A program made the translations under genes and the position numbers. Source: Thalia democratica (Eukaryota). From it: a stretch of DNA of 64,000 bases. Shown piece after piece: positions 1-12,660 of the stretch. The notes under the pieces were generated by a model. It searched no databases and was not told where the DNA came from. It was given only the letters and a program-made list of their open reading frames with translations. The DNA lies in NCBI GenBank assembly GCA_965202585.1, contig OZ241833.1, positions 19,034,001 through 19,098,000 of the forward strand, given 5' to 3'. The first letter of the stretch is position 1. Each line of letters opens with the position of its first letter.

Positions 1-349
1 AAACTAATAATATATTTTAACTTGTTTTAAATCTAACTGTTGTTATTGTGTTACTGTGCTTAAGTTTTATCTAAACGTTAAGACAAAACTTTTTGTGATT
101 TATTCTTATTTATCGTAAAAAGTTCAGTATACCAACTACAAATAAAAACAAGCAGCTGAAAGTTTTACAATACATACATACTGCATAACGCTTAACCTTA
201 AATAAAGTTTTAAAAACTAATAATTTAAACTTTAAGTTATAAATATTCTAAGCAAAGCGACTCAAAATAAGTATAAGCACTTGCACACACAGTTTAACTT
301 TCACAAAATCCGATCAAAACCGAATTATCAAATCATCAATCAGTCACTG

Positions 350-720
350 CTTACTGTAAATAACATTCAACTGCGGCCAGCTCGTTTTTTGCTGATAATT
401 CTTGTGCAATAACAAGCATACACATGCTGTCATACCAAACCCAACTAGTTTTGCCAGCTATATTTTGTTCATAGCCTAAGCAGAGGCTACCCACAACGAA
501 TTCTAACAACTGGCCAATTATAACTTACGGCAGTGCGTTTATTTACACAAACAGCGGTACATACTACCCAACACGAGCTCACCTGCAAGTTTTAGGTTTT
601 CATGCGGCTATGCAAATCAGGTTTGCGCGAAGAGTCTGGGCTTTGATGTTAGTAAAAACTGCAGACGACGTGTAGTGGGTTTTTGAAATGATTAACTCAC
701 GTAATTTGTCTTGCAGTGAA
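350..720. promoter_or_regulatory. Candidate cis-regulatory island in the Tlx intron
   Basis: GC-enriched noncoding block in a very AT-rich background; POU octamer ATGCAAAT at 610-617; no ORF. Confidence 0.35.
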
Positions 721-1379
721 CGATGTCATAAAAAAAAAAACACTTGAAAAGTGGAAACAAATTCCCACGATTTTAATAGCGTATTTGTAAGTTTGAAAAC
801 TTGTCAGACTTATTTATAAAAGATGTATATTTTTCATGATTTACATTTAAATTTTTTTATCGAACCTAACGATGTGTCTGTACTTTTAACTTTATACAAT
901 CGTTCTTTCTGTGTACTACACACACATGTACAAAAATACAACCACTTATGGTAGTATAAGAATTTTTTTTTTTTATTTATGTTGTAATTTAAAAACTAAA
1001 TCAGTAGAAGCAAATATTTTCTTTTTAGTTGTTAACGTTTTGAATTACATAGTTTATTATCAAGATTATGCGCAAACTATAAAGAAAACTTTCAAATTTA
1101 TTTTATAATTGTTTATACTAAAGACTTTTAAGTATTCTCCATTATAAACTTTTTCAATGAAATTCAGTTTAAATGGTCAAATTAAAAAAAAAGAACATAT
1201 TCTTAAAGAAATATCAGATTAACTTATCAAAGCTTATTAGCCCTTAAACTTAATGCACTGCAGTCAAGAAAACCTAAAAAATCCAGCGAGTTGGACTAAA
1301 ACCAAAACTGCAAAAAAGACAATTTGTTATCTCGTGTTCACAAACACAAGCAAATTAATTGTTCGAGAATACATTTTGG

Positions 1380-1700
1380 TATTAAGCAAATGACTGCAAA
1401 GTTCACGGCGAGGCGACTTCTCGAGAGCGGGTTTCTGGCTACTCGCTGAGCTTAGCCGGGCGCCGCGTCTCCCCCTCGAGGGTGGTCCGTGCGCCACCGC
1501 CGTTCTCGTCGACAAGACAAAGCGCGGAGGCATTATTATTAAACGAGCGATATGAGGAATCTGCAACAAGCTTGATTGCTGCGATCGAAGCGTGTCAGAT
1601 CGCCGTGGCGCCGCAAATCATTCCTGCTACCTGCTGCCGTCACCACGGTTGATTGGTCATAAAGTTTTTTGCATGAGGTCGTCACTGGGCTTCTTTTTTT
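1380..1700. promoter_or_regulatory. CpG-rich island in the Tlx intron (candidate enhancer or promoter)
   Basis: Markedly GC/CpG-rich relative to flanks; reverse CCAAT (GATTGG) near 1650; the 80-aa ORF has no recognisable homology. Confidence 0.4.
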
Positions 1701-3219
1701 TTTGTTCGATTAGGAGATGTTTAACTTATTAATCTGCGGTGTTTTAAGTTGTTTTGGCTTATGTTTGTTTGGTAATGTTTTTTGAAACATATCTTTTTTT
1801 TCATAAGTATTTTCCAAAATCTAATTATAGTTGTAATTCATTTTGTTTTAATCTACTTTTATCTCATAACTTTACGGCTTGTCTTTAAAATTGCTACATT
1901 TTAGTAAAAAATTCTTTCAGTAAAAAATGAACACTTTTTTTTTTGTGTTGATGACAAAAATAAAAATGACCGAATGGTGCCGAGATAAAAGATTAGCCGC
2001 TATCACGTCTCATCAGTGTCAAAGCGGTTGTCATATTAAACCTTTACTTCTGTTTAAAAAGCATTGAGGTTTTTTATTTTGAAGTTTTTTATGAAGATTA
2101 AAATTTAAACATTTATTTAACATAACTTTTTACCTAGTTATAATAAATCGACACCGTCTGTTGCAAGATTTTATTTATTAGAATTTTTGTTTTTAGCTTA
2201 TTTATTTAAATGTAAATTATATACAGCTAATTCGTGTACTTTTATTTATTTTCTGTGTTGTAAAGCATCTTCAAAAAGAATAAATAAACATACCAAGTTT
2301 TAGACACTTTTAGTATTTTTTGCGTCAAATAATATAGTTTTAAATGGCTGACAAGCGCTTTTGCTTAAACTTGAAATAGCGCTTTTAGTTTTAATTTAAG
2401 CAAACACCGTTGAAATTCTGAGTTTAAAACCTATACTAACTGTTTTTGTAAAAGTATTTTTTAAGTTGGAGAAAAACTCAAAATCTGTTGCTTTTTAACA
2501 AGATTACATGCGCTACAGAAATACCCATTAATATTTAAATGCCATAAATCGTGCACTTAAACTACTTAAGTTGCCATTTAACGTATGAGTTTTCATTGGT
2601 AATTGACTACCTGTGCTTGCGCAAAAAGGTTTTAAACAAAAGAATATTTTTTGATTAATGTTAAGACTTTAATTGATGATTAAAATCCTTGATTGTGTAT
2701 ACGATCTAAAATAAATGATTTATTTATTACACTTTTTATGTGTTTGTAAAATCTAAATGTACAGTACTTTAGACTTTTGTTTTATTTATTTGATTTATTG
2801 GATTTATTTTTTAACAAAAACCACACATTTAATTTTTTCTTTAAATCTTAGCAAATTGTATAAGACTCACCGTTTTCATTTAATTTTAAAAAACCATAGT
2901 TATTTTGCAGAACATTTTTTTTGTTTTTATAATTAAAAATCTAAGCAAGTGATGTTACCGTTGCAATACGAAACTTTAATAAACTTTTTACCAATAAAAA
3001 AATGCATTCATTCTTTGTTGCTCGTAGCATAACGGTATTTTTGAAGCTTATGGTATAGTTTTTAAGATCTATTTAAAAAACATACAGAACATTACGTTAA
3101 ATAGGTGTTTTTTATTTTACTTTACATCTGCTGTTACTATTGTAAGTAAAACTATCTTGAAAATACAACTTTGATTTTAGCCTTGATTTTTAGATATCAA
3201 AAAAAAAATCGAGACTTAC

Positions 3220-4279
3220 GCGCAATTCGCTCTCTCCTGCTTTCCATCCACGGGAAGGTGTTTGAAAGCAGAGGCGGCCGATGGAAGTTGCATTGAGCGG
3301 AAACTTTTAATAAGCGATTAGCAGGATCGTTTATTGCTGCGATGGCTGCTGCTTGGTGGTGCGCAGCAGAGTATGAGGAATTCGGTTGAGCTTGGGCGGG
3401 ATCGCTGCCCAACTGGGAGTTGGTCGCGAGCGCCAGAGGGTTGAAACTGCTGTGAGGACCTTGGTTTGCGTTTCCGTTTCTCATGCCTCCGTTCATGCTG
3501 CTCGTCGGAATCCCGTAAAAGTTGTCTTTTCTCGAGGAGTTTTCCGCTCGAGAGTGGAGATCGGCCGTGGAAGAATCAGACCTTCCTGCCGAGCTCCTTT
3601 TATCATCGTGACCGTCGCTCGTACACCCGCTGTCGTTTTGGTAGCTCATGTTGGAATACTTTTCGTTCTTTCCGAATTTAAAGCTGTTGTTTGGCAAGCT
3701 GGAGTTGTTAACTTCCGTGTCTAGCTGGTTGTTTCGAGAACAGTCGTATGTGCTCTGACCCAAGTGTCTGTTCGGCTGCTTGTTGTTGTTGTTGTAATCA
3801 TAATAAGAGTAGCTGTTAGAAAAAAACTCTCGGGGAGTTAGATCGGCGCCGGCAAAGTTGCTAGGTTTCAGACCGACATTCTGGTAGTTTTGACCGTAGA
3901 GTCCGGAATCTCTTTGCTGGCCGTTGTAGCCTCCGTGGTGATAAAAGCCGGGATGATTTCCCAGCCGCTTGTTGTACAGCTGGTTGTTATAAAAGTCGCT
4001 CTTCCAGTAATTGCTGATTTGTGGGTAGATGTAGCCGGAGTTTTGCGTGCTTGCCATGTTTCCCTGCATTGACTTGGGCTGCGGCGAGTTGTCGTCGAAC
4101 TGGCACTGAGGGGTGTTGGAAAAGTTCTCTCTCGTCTCGGTGCTGCTGGAGTCGGTGGGCACCGGGCTCAGTATCTGGTTGATGCTGAAAGCCATCCGGT
4201 CGTGGCCGTTGAGTGAGTGCGATCCGTTTTGCGGCTGCTGTAAGTGGACGTTTTCGGGCTGGTGTCGGACTTGCTGCAT
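3220..4279 (-). CDS. Tlx: T-cell leukemia homeobox (Tlx/Hox11, NKL class) transcription factor, first coding exon; homeobox exons presumably left of the window
   Basis: First ATG at 4279, in frame with the 372-aa ORF. Eh1 Groucho-binding motif FSINQIL at 4169-4189 (vertebrate TLX has FGIDQIL). TFPWMESRR near the exon end (FPWM at 3245-3256) matches TLX TFPWMESxRR. The exon ends phase 1 at a GTAAGT donor (3219-3214), so the ORF tail KSRFFF is intronic. No WFQNRR-coding sequence found by eye in 1-3200. Confidence 0.85.
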
Positions 4280-4360
4280 TCTCGTGGTGCAAATATGCTG
4301 CTTGAATTCCACCAAGTTTTATTAAAAAGTGTTACAGAAATCTACAAAATTAAGTCGTTA

Positions 4361-4380
4361 CTGTATTATATTACAACAAA
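4361..4380 (-). promoter_or_regulatory. Candidate splice acceptor upstream of the Tlx start codon (5' UTR cis intron or trans-splice acceptor)
   Basis: Minus strand TTTGTTGTAATATAATACAG ends at 4361, about 80 nt before the ATG. No partner donor identified. Confidence 0.3.
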
Positions 4381-5189
4381 GGTCAAGAACCAAGGCGTAC
4401 TTTAATACCCAATCTTAAAAGAGTTAGTTTTAAATAAATACTGTTGTTAAGATAAATCTAAAAAGATTAGCATGTAGAAAGGTATAAGATTTTACCGGTA
4501 AAATGAGGTACTTGGTATCTTTATATAGCTAATTTTAGGTTTGTACTAAAGTTTACTATGCGTGTGCTATAAATAGCCTATTGTATTAAGCAGCTATTCT
4601 TTAGCCTGACACAAAGTACTAATTTGTTAGTCTACTAAGTCTAACTACATATAGTTTGTGAATTTAACTTAAGTTTCTAAAGTTATTATAACAAAAAAAA
4701 AATACGGTTTCGATTTATAAATTGCAACTAGCTGAAAAAATAATTAAAAAAAACATTTGTAATACTGAGTTAAATTAAAAATTTATATATTTGCTTACTA
4801 TTTTGTAGATCTTAGTATATTGAATGTTATAGCTATTAAGTTTTAATGCGTATTTTGATATATTTTTAGTAAATTAAATTTGAAGATGAAGTTGTACTGA
4901 ATATTTTATTTACAAAAATCACTTAAACATATATATGAAATGAAACTACAGTTAAATGGTAAAAAAAAAAATACTAAAAAGTAATCTCTAAGTATACACC
5001 TCTAGTATTGTTTTCAAATCTAATAATAAATTCTTTCATACTTTATCATAAAAGAAAATAAAAACAAAACTCTAACACCTGCGTGTCTAAATCAAAACTT
5101 TAGACAGTTTAAAAGATTTAAAAATTGCAAACTTTTTCAAGTACTATTGGTGCTACCGATGAGTGTAGAAACAAGTAAGTGTTCGGAGC

Positions 5190-5520
5190 AAACCAAGATA
5201 TTTTGCCTCGCCGATTTTTTCTACGCCTCTCTCTCAGTTCTTTGCTTTTGCTTGTGATGATAAAAGACGTGATCTCGCGAACAAAACTTTTGAACAACTT
5301 AAAACCGTGAATACTAAATATGTGTGCTTTAAAGAGATTACGTTCGTATTGACAAGATTTAAAATAACCCTTGGGTCCCTCGAGGAAAAGAAAGTTGGGG
5401 TCGGCCGAAAATTTAAAAAGGGCATCGTTGAGTGAAGAAAGTTTATGAATAAGCGCCCAACGCTTTTGGGTACCAAGGGAAATAAAAAGTAATTGCGAAA
5501 CATCGTTTATTGACCGCTTA
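5190..5520. promoter_or_regulatory. Candidate Tlx proximal regulatory island
   Basis: GC-enriched block about 1 kb upstream of the ATG; COE/EBF-like sites at 5367-5376, 5376-5386 and 5471-5480. Confidence 0.35.
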
Positions 5521-6159
5521 AAACCTTAAAAAAATTTTGTTTTGCTGTGGCTGCTACGAATTCTAATTGAATAAGGTTTTTTAAATGAGAAAACTAATAT
5601 TAAGTTTTTTATTGAAGTCTTTCAGAATGAGAAGAATTTACTAATTGAAAAAAATATCTTAAAAGCTATGGTATAGTTGTTGATTCTATAAATTACTTAC
5701 CCAAAACCTGTTAGTTAGATTATTAATGTTTTAGTCTTAACAAAAAATTATAAAGTTTAAAATATCTAAATAGTTTAAGTTGAAAACACTATTTTGACTA
5801 GTATCAAAAAATATTTTTTGGTTTAACTTTTATAAAGTAAAACATTTATACATCTGATCAAAACTTTTCAATTTTAAAAAAAGTTATATCTACAAATGTA
5901 TGTTTTATTCATTTTTTAAAAGAACAAATTTATACTTTGAAGCATATAAAGATAAAAAACAGTACCACTATTAAGATACGCTAACATATAAAACTTGAAC
6001 TATGTATTTTTTGAGGCTACATATGTGTATAAATAAATGGTAAAATAACTACTCCAATTAAATATTTTTAACAGACCTTTATTATCAAGCTTTTAGAATC
6101 ACTAGAAATAACGGGGTTATACTTTATTAAGTTGGTAAAAAGAAAAAAAAAGCTGAGAA

Positions 6160-6300
6160 ATGCAATCAGGGATTAAGGTGAGCATCCACCGCGGTGGCCG
6201 ATGAAAAATCTCGTAAGCGTAACTGTGCGACCGCCACTTTGTCTGCTACAAATAAAAGTTGACATCTAATCACAACAAGGCTGAGTTATTGCGGTATGTT
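6160..6300. promoter_or_regulatory. Candidate Tlx upstream enhancer island
   Basis: GGATTA (K50 homeodomain site) at about 6170; perfect 12-bp palindrome CCACCGCGGTGG at 6186-6197. Confidence 0.3.
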
Positions 6301-7349
6301 TTTATAACTTGTAAGAAATAAATCTAAAAGTAAGTCTTGATCGTTCTAGAAGTGAGCAACAAATTGTTTACACAGTTTAATTTCACAGTCTATTATAAAC
6401 AAATACACACTTTTTTACAATTATATTGCTTTATTTCAAACTTATTATTATTAAAATAAAGTTGTTTTAAAAGTAGTTATTGTAACTAAAACTTAAAATG
6501 CAAGGTTTAATATATTGTGTATTCAGTAAACTACTTAGATTAATTGCGGTGTTGTCGTAAGAATCACTTGAAATTAGTGTATCAGCAAAGTCAGTATAAC
6601 TGTCTAGATCCAAGTTATGAAAATGACACTGTATGTTGCTACTTTTATAGTCGTATCTTTTTAATGCGGTATACTTAGAAATGAAATGTAAATTGCAAGG
6701 TATATGAAAACTAATAAGTAGTATGTTTCACTTTTGTTTTAGATACAAATAAAACTATTGTATGTACTTAATAACTGTTTTTTACTAACAATAACAAACG
6801 ATACATTAATCCTTTACATAATCCTACTACTGTTTCAAAATATCTAATTTTATCTTTAAATTTAAAAGTTGAAAAGTTAAGTTAGTCAGCTAATCAAACA
6901 AATATGTTGGTGGTCTGAAAAAAACGGAACCCAAAAAATATTCTTTGCTAGATACTATGATTTTATTTTTTTTTGGCTTGATTGCTTAAAACAAACTTAT
7001 AAAGTAAAAAGAAAAAAATTGTTTACCAAAAAGCTTCGTTATAAAAATGTCAAATTTGATAATGTTTAGTGAAATACTCGTTATGTTCTTCTCTGCTATA
7101 AAAAATGCACCTAAAAAATATTATTTAGTGCTCTTTTTGTTTTACGTGATTTGACATTTTATATAATGGTATGAAATAAATTCAATATAAACATTCGTGC
7201 ATCATAACAACTAGCATTGAAATTAGCTTTATTGTTTACAAACAAAATATAATTAAAAAGAGATTGTTGTTTAGTTTACATTCTAAGCTCGAAAAGAGAT
7301 TATTACGAGATAAAAATGAGACTAATTAATCAAAAATTCTTTTGTACAA

Positions 7350-7660
7350 GAAATAATAACACATTCGCGCTAAGCCGATGAATCAGTTAAAACATTAAAT
7401 TCGCGTTTGCACAGAGAGCAGTGACAATCTTAAACGTACAATAACAAAAGGCCAAATAAATTGTTATTAATCTTGTACCTGACAAAATGTTTAAACGGCT
7501 TCAAAGACTGATGATCGTTCACAGCATTGTTATTTTGCTCATTTCGAATGAAACCCAACCGTGTCTGGCTATCGTTGTGAACTTTTAAACTTTTTCAGCG
7601 TCTGTCGAAAAACTTTTGTTTTTATATCGAGTTTAATTGCAGAGATTTGGGTTTGAGTGT
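7350..7660. promoter_or_regulatory. Candidate Tlx upstream enhancer island
   Basis: Higher-complexity noncoding block with several Sox/HMG-like sites (ACAAT, AACAAAAG, CATTGTT). Confidence 0.3.
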
Positions 7661-10639
7661 AACTCGGCTATATTAAACTTCCCATATGTTTAATAGATTA
7701 ATTTAATTTTTGTTGTTGTAAGTAGTTTTAATTACAGTTAGTTAAGTAGATTTAGTTTTATTTATCTTATATGAATAAGCTTAAGAAGGTTCTAAAAAAA
7801 AATAAAACTTTAAATAACAATTAAACAGAAGTTTATGAATAAGTTGAATAGTTAATTTAGAATCAGTTAAGTAAATATATGTTTAATTTATGTTATTGGT
7901 AGAAGTTTAGATACTACTTTAATTTAACGAATTATACTTGTGAAAAATGACTTTTAACCATTAATCGACTGATTTTTTTATATATTTTTTTCGTAAGAAT
8001 TTTATGTAATTTTTTTTTAAATACTTAAGTAAATAAAAATAAAAAAACTGCCAAGGCTGTTAAAAGTGCTTAGTTTCTTAAATAAAATAAACATAAAATT
8101 TTGAACGATAACTTAGTTATTAAAAAATTGAAAAACACAGCACTTAATAAAAAGAAATTGAACTTTTTCAAAAAGTTTATTTTTAAATCTATTAAACTTA
8201 TAACACTTTATGCAGAAAAAAAAATTCAATAAAATACTTTTTTTGAATTTATACAATTTCATTAAACTTATATAACTTAAAGTTTTTTTTTTTCAAAACT
8301 AAAATTCAATAAAAATATATATAAATGATTTAAATAATTTTTTACTTTATTTCTCAAGTAAAAGTTAAAAAAATATCTAATTTAAAACTTTATAGACTTT
8401 TTAATTCAACCTAAGTAGGTAATTAGAATTTTAAAATCAATAGTATAAAGTTCAATTATATATAAGTTACAATAAAATAAAAACTTCTGATTTATTTTCG
8501 CAAAAAAAGTTAGTTAACAAACAACTTTGTTAAAACAGTAAAATTTTTCTTAGCTAATGATTAAAAGTAGTAGTTTTTAGTTCGACATTTTTATATTTTA
8601 ATAGTAGATAAGAACGTTTAAAAGCAAGTTTTTTTTTTTTAAATCTCAAACTAAAACTGCCATCTTTAATACTTTAGTACAAATATTTCTAGCTTAAAGG
8701 TTTCCGTAAGGAAAAATGGATTCATCATTTATAGAGTTGAGTAAACCGATAGGCTTTTGTTAGGTTTTTATCATTTAGTGAGTAAAACAGATTAAGCTGC
8801 TTACAATGTTTTTTATTTGTTTACTTACAATAATGTAAAGCAATATAAAATACCTTTGCTAACCTACATTCCTTACATTTAGACTTAAGCATTTTTTATC
8901 GAATAGTTAAGTTTTTTCATTTGAAATAAGGTATTGTATATCTAATTTTATAGTGTACATATATAGCTATTTTTTCTTATAATTAACAATTATTTAAAAG
9001 CTTATTTCTTATTTTTTCAAGAATTTATTTTTTTAAGAATCAACTTATTTTGTTGTTATGACTATATTGTATAGCATTAAAATGTAGTCAATGTAAAGCT
9101 TAATAAGAGAATAGTTTTCTGTATCAACTCAGTTTTTAACTAAACTATATTTTTAAACTGTACAATCTACGACTAGTAGTTGAAGCTATCTATAATTTTT
9201 TTAAAATAAAAATAGTATGTCACAGCAGATTTGTCGTTAAAAAAATAAAATTAAATTATTGTAATTTAAAACATTAAAAAAAAAAATAATCTAAAAAAAT
9301 AAATTAGTTCAAGTTGTCAATAACGACGCCTACGACCTTATACGGTACTTTATTTATCTTGAAATTTCAACTTGATAATAAGTAAGTTTAACTAGATCAA
9401 ATAGATGTTATACAAATTTAATAGAACGTAAACTTGACCTAATATAACTGTAGGCCTTAGAATTGTCGCAGACAAACTGTGTCTAAAGTAAATTTGTAAA
9501 GTATAGAAAAGTAACAAAATAAGTTTGTTTCAGGTTGTACAAGCAGTTTTAAGATATACAAACATTGATTGAATATGGTTTACTTTAATTATAACCGAGC
9601 CAAGTTCTTAGGCTTACTTTCAAAAACTTTAATCAATCATTTAGAGATCTTTTTGACTGAAAAAAACTAGGTGTTTAATTGCATTTACGCCGTACTTTAA
9701 CACTTTAAAAATAAAAATAAAAATATGTTTGGTAAACATTCAAAAACTTTTATAATAACTATAAATGTTATAAAGTCTCGATAGAAATACAAATGTTGCA
9801 TATATGATTTCACTACAGCATATTTTAAACTATCAAAAAGGAATATATGTAAAACAGCAATCGCCAGTATGTTTAAAAAACAATTAATTTTAATTTTTAA
9901 TCATCTAATTCTGTAAATTGGCGTACAATAACAAATAGTATATATCCAGACATTTAATAATAATAAGAGTTTAGTAGTTAAACTTATTTCAATTGCAAAA
10001 TTTTTTAGCATATTTTCTTGTACAGATTAGATTTTCTAACAAGGTACTTATATTTAAAAAGTGTATAAACATAAAATTTCGTACAAAAAGTAGTTAATTT
10101 GAATATATATTTAAAAAAAGGTTTATTTCATTTTAAGACTTTCTACTGAATAAGTAAAGTTAGTTACTCTTTCTTTTGTAACACATTGTGGTGATGAGTC
10201 TCAAACATTTATACTTTATTTTAAAATATTACAAGTTGTTTTTGAGTTAGTATTTCTTGATTGTTTGTAACTGATCATTAAAAAAAATTCAAACCAGTAG
10301 CTTAACAATAATAACATTAATAAACTGCATACATTATGGTTTTTAAAACTAAATGTAAAAAACAGTTGTTTATGTCTTGTTTTGAAATTTAGTAACTTCA
10401 TTATGAATATCTCTAGATAAAAAATCTAATATTTAAAATACTAAAAAAAAACCAACATTATAAAACAAATTTTAACAAAATTCATAGTATTTAGACTGCA
10501 TTTAAAAAATATTAAGTACTAAGTTTTAACCTTAGTAACTTAAAAAGTAATTAACTTGATAAAAAAAAATATATAAAAACTATACTATAAGAAATAAATA
10601 CGCGTTTAAGTTCTAATTTCCTAAAAATAGATAACGCAA

Positions 10640-11190
10640 CAAGAAAGTTTCCCATGCACTCAACTACTTGAGCTTGTGAGTCACAAATAACAAACTACTG
10701 AGTGCAATTCCAATCCCTCGACCAAATGTCGAGATTGATTAAAAATCTGCAATGGAAAAAAAAACCAAACGAAATTTTGCATTAAAAAAAAATATCCGCA
10801 ATACTAAAAAAAAAACGAGTAAAAAATAGTTTCAACAAGTCCAAAGTTTGAACCCGAAAAATAATTCTCATTCATTCCGTCACACCGAAACGACGCAGCA
10901 GCAGTTTTAAGACGTCAGGCGCCGTGGGAGATTCCGCGGCGGTTTGATCCGTCTGGGCGCCACAACAGGGCAGTGCCATCGGCCCGTGACGTATGAAGCA
11001 AATTGGCAGCGAAGAAAGGTGGTCACATTTCTATTTGAAATTTTCATGCGAGCTCAGACGGCACTTAACAGTAAAAATAACTTTTGTGTGTCAGTTTGTG
11101 TGTGCAAATGACAAATGAGCAGTGAGCCGATGTAAAAACAATGTTTTCGTAATCCTATTACTCGTAAGCGTCAAAAACACTAAAAAGTGG
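10640..11190. promoter_or_regulatory. Candidate Tlx upstream enhancer island
   Basis: GC-rich core at 10880-11020; CRE-like GACGTCA and TGACGTA; CAAATG E-boxes; TAATCC; no ORF. Confidence 0.35.
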
Positions 11191-12179
11191 GAATATGCAT
11201 TTTTTTTAAGTTGTTTTCCTACTGTATGTTTGTTGTTTTTTTTTTACTTTAAAAGCTTGGTTGACATTAAAAAAGTTTAAACTTACCATATATCAATTTA
11301 TTAAAATAAAAAATTTCACAAAATAATTTAACTTTAGTATCTGCTTATAACTTTATTTACTTTAATTGTTAGTTGTTACATTAGTTATTTAAAAGTTTTC
11401 TATACACTTAAACTAATACTGAATTTCACAACTATGTATGTACAATGTACATTAGCTAAAAAACTAAATAGTTCATAAGCTTAAAAGCAATTAATTACAA
11501 CAAGTTATTCAAATAGTGTATGATGGCAAGTAAAATAAAATGAAAAGAATAACTAATACGCTTAAATGTTTTATGTTCAAGCATGTGTAGAGACATACAA
11601 ACAATCTTGAACTTTTATTACTTTACTTTAATATCATAACACATGCTTGACACTCTTGACATTGATTAAATTTTAAAATTTACTTCTGTTCAGAATGACA
11701 AATGAAAAAGGTAGCAGTATCTAACAGTTTTCTGATACAGAAATTTGTAAAATTTAAATTGTTTTAAGATTAAACTTAAAACTGTTTAATTAAAAAGTAC
11801 CAGTTTTTTATTAAAAAACAGTCTCAAGTATTTTTTCTGTTTTACTGTTTACTCATGTTTAGTGACCAAAACTAAATTTTTTTTTTTGTGTAGAAGATTT
11901 ATAAACCTTAGTCATTAAAAAACAGCTTAAAGTTTTATCGTGAGACAAAACTCAATTAGTTGTTCATTTAAATTTTTTTTTTTGAAATATTTTACTTGCT
12001 GTTAGTACATAAGTTTTTCTTTTAAAAGTTTAAAACTTAAAATTTCTAGCTTTTTTTAGAAAAAATCTACATATTTTTCTTACAAATGAACATATACATT
12101 AATATGTAATATAAAATCATTAAATAATAGATTTCTTATACATATCATACATCTATAGAATTACTTTGTTTACACAAGC

Positions 12180-12660
12180 AAAATTATCCGTTTAAACTTT
12201 GACCCCTACTGTAGACCGCCGCGGTTTCGCTGCCATTTTTGAAGTTGCGTAACAAATCCAAACAACAACAAAGCTACACAATCAATAAGTTAAAAAGTCT
12301 AAACACCGTGTAATCATTTCTTGCGGGTGGTAACGTTTCGCGTCAAAAAAGCGGTAGCAGCGATCAACGATGCAAGTTTTAGCTGATTTTACAAAAATAG
12401 GCTTTAAAAAAAATAAAAAAGTCAAAAGTCTAAGCGGCGAAAAATGAAATGTAATAAACGAGCTGAAGGTTATCCGATTAGGCGGCTTACATTTTGAGGT
12501 CTTTATGCATGTTTGTGCGTCGTTGAAGCGTTAATTTGTGTTTACGAAAATATTACTAAGTCTTAATTCCTGCCCAAGACTTGATCGAAAATCACTTTTG
12601 TGTATTTTGTAATTTATGAGCAATAATAAACTCAAAAAGTTTTTTTGCAGAAATGACACG
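12180..12660. promoter_or_regulatory. Candidate Tlx upstream enhancer island
   Basis: GC-enriched noncoding block; shares the 10-mer ACCGCCGCGG (12215-12224) with the 10.9-kb island in reverse orientation. Confidence 0.3.

Noticed and set aside
911-1108. Short AT-rich ORFs (also 10216-10401, 32732-32914, 35963-36169, 49533-49715)
   Set aside because: Non-ATG or low-complexity F/K/L-rich translations with no splice-consistent model or motifs.
1327-1569. 80-aa ORF as the Tlx homeobox exon
   Set aside because: No GHPYQ, KKPRTSF or WFQNRR in the frames examined; the in-phase join from exon 1 stops after about 40 codons.
3386-4325. Plus-strand and alternate-frame ORFs overlapping the Tlx exon
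   Set aside because: Shadow ORFs of a GC-rich coding exon with no motifs of their own.
9328-9337. GCCTACGACC, resembling the 5' end of 5S rRNA
   Set aside because: Only 10 nt match; no downstream 5S sequence or internal promoter.
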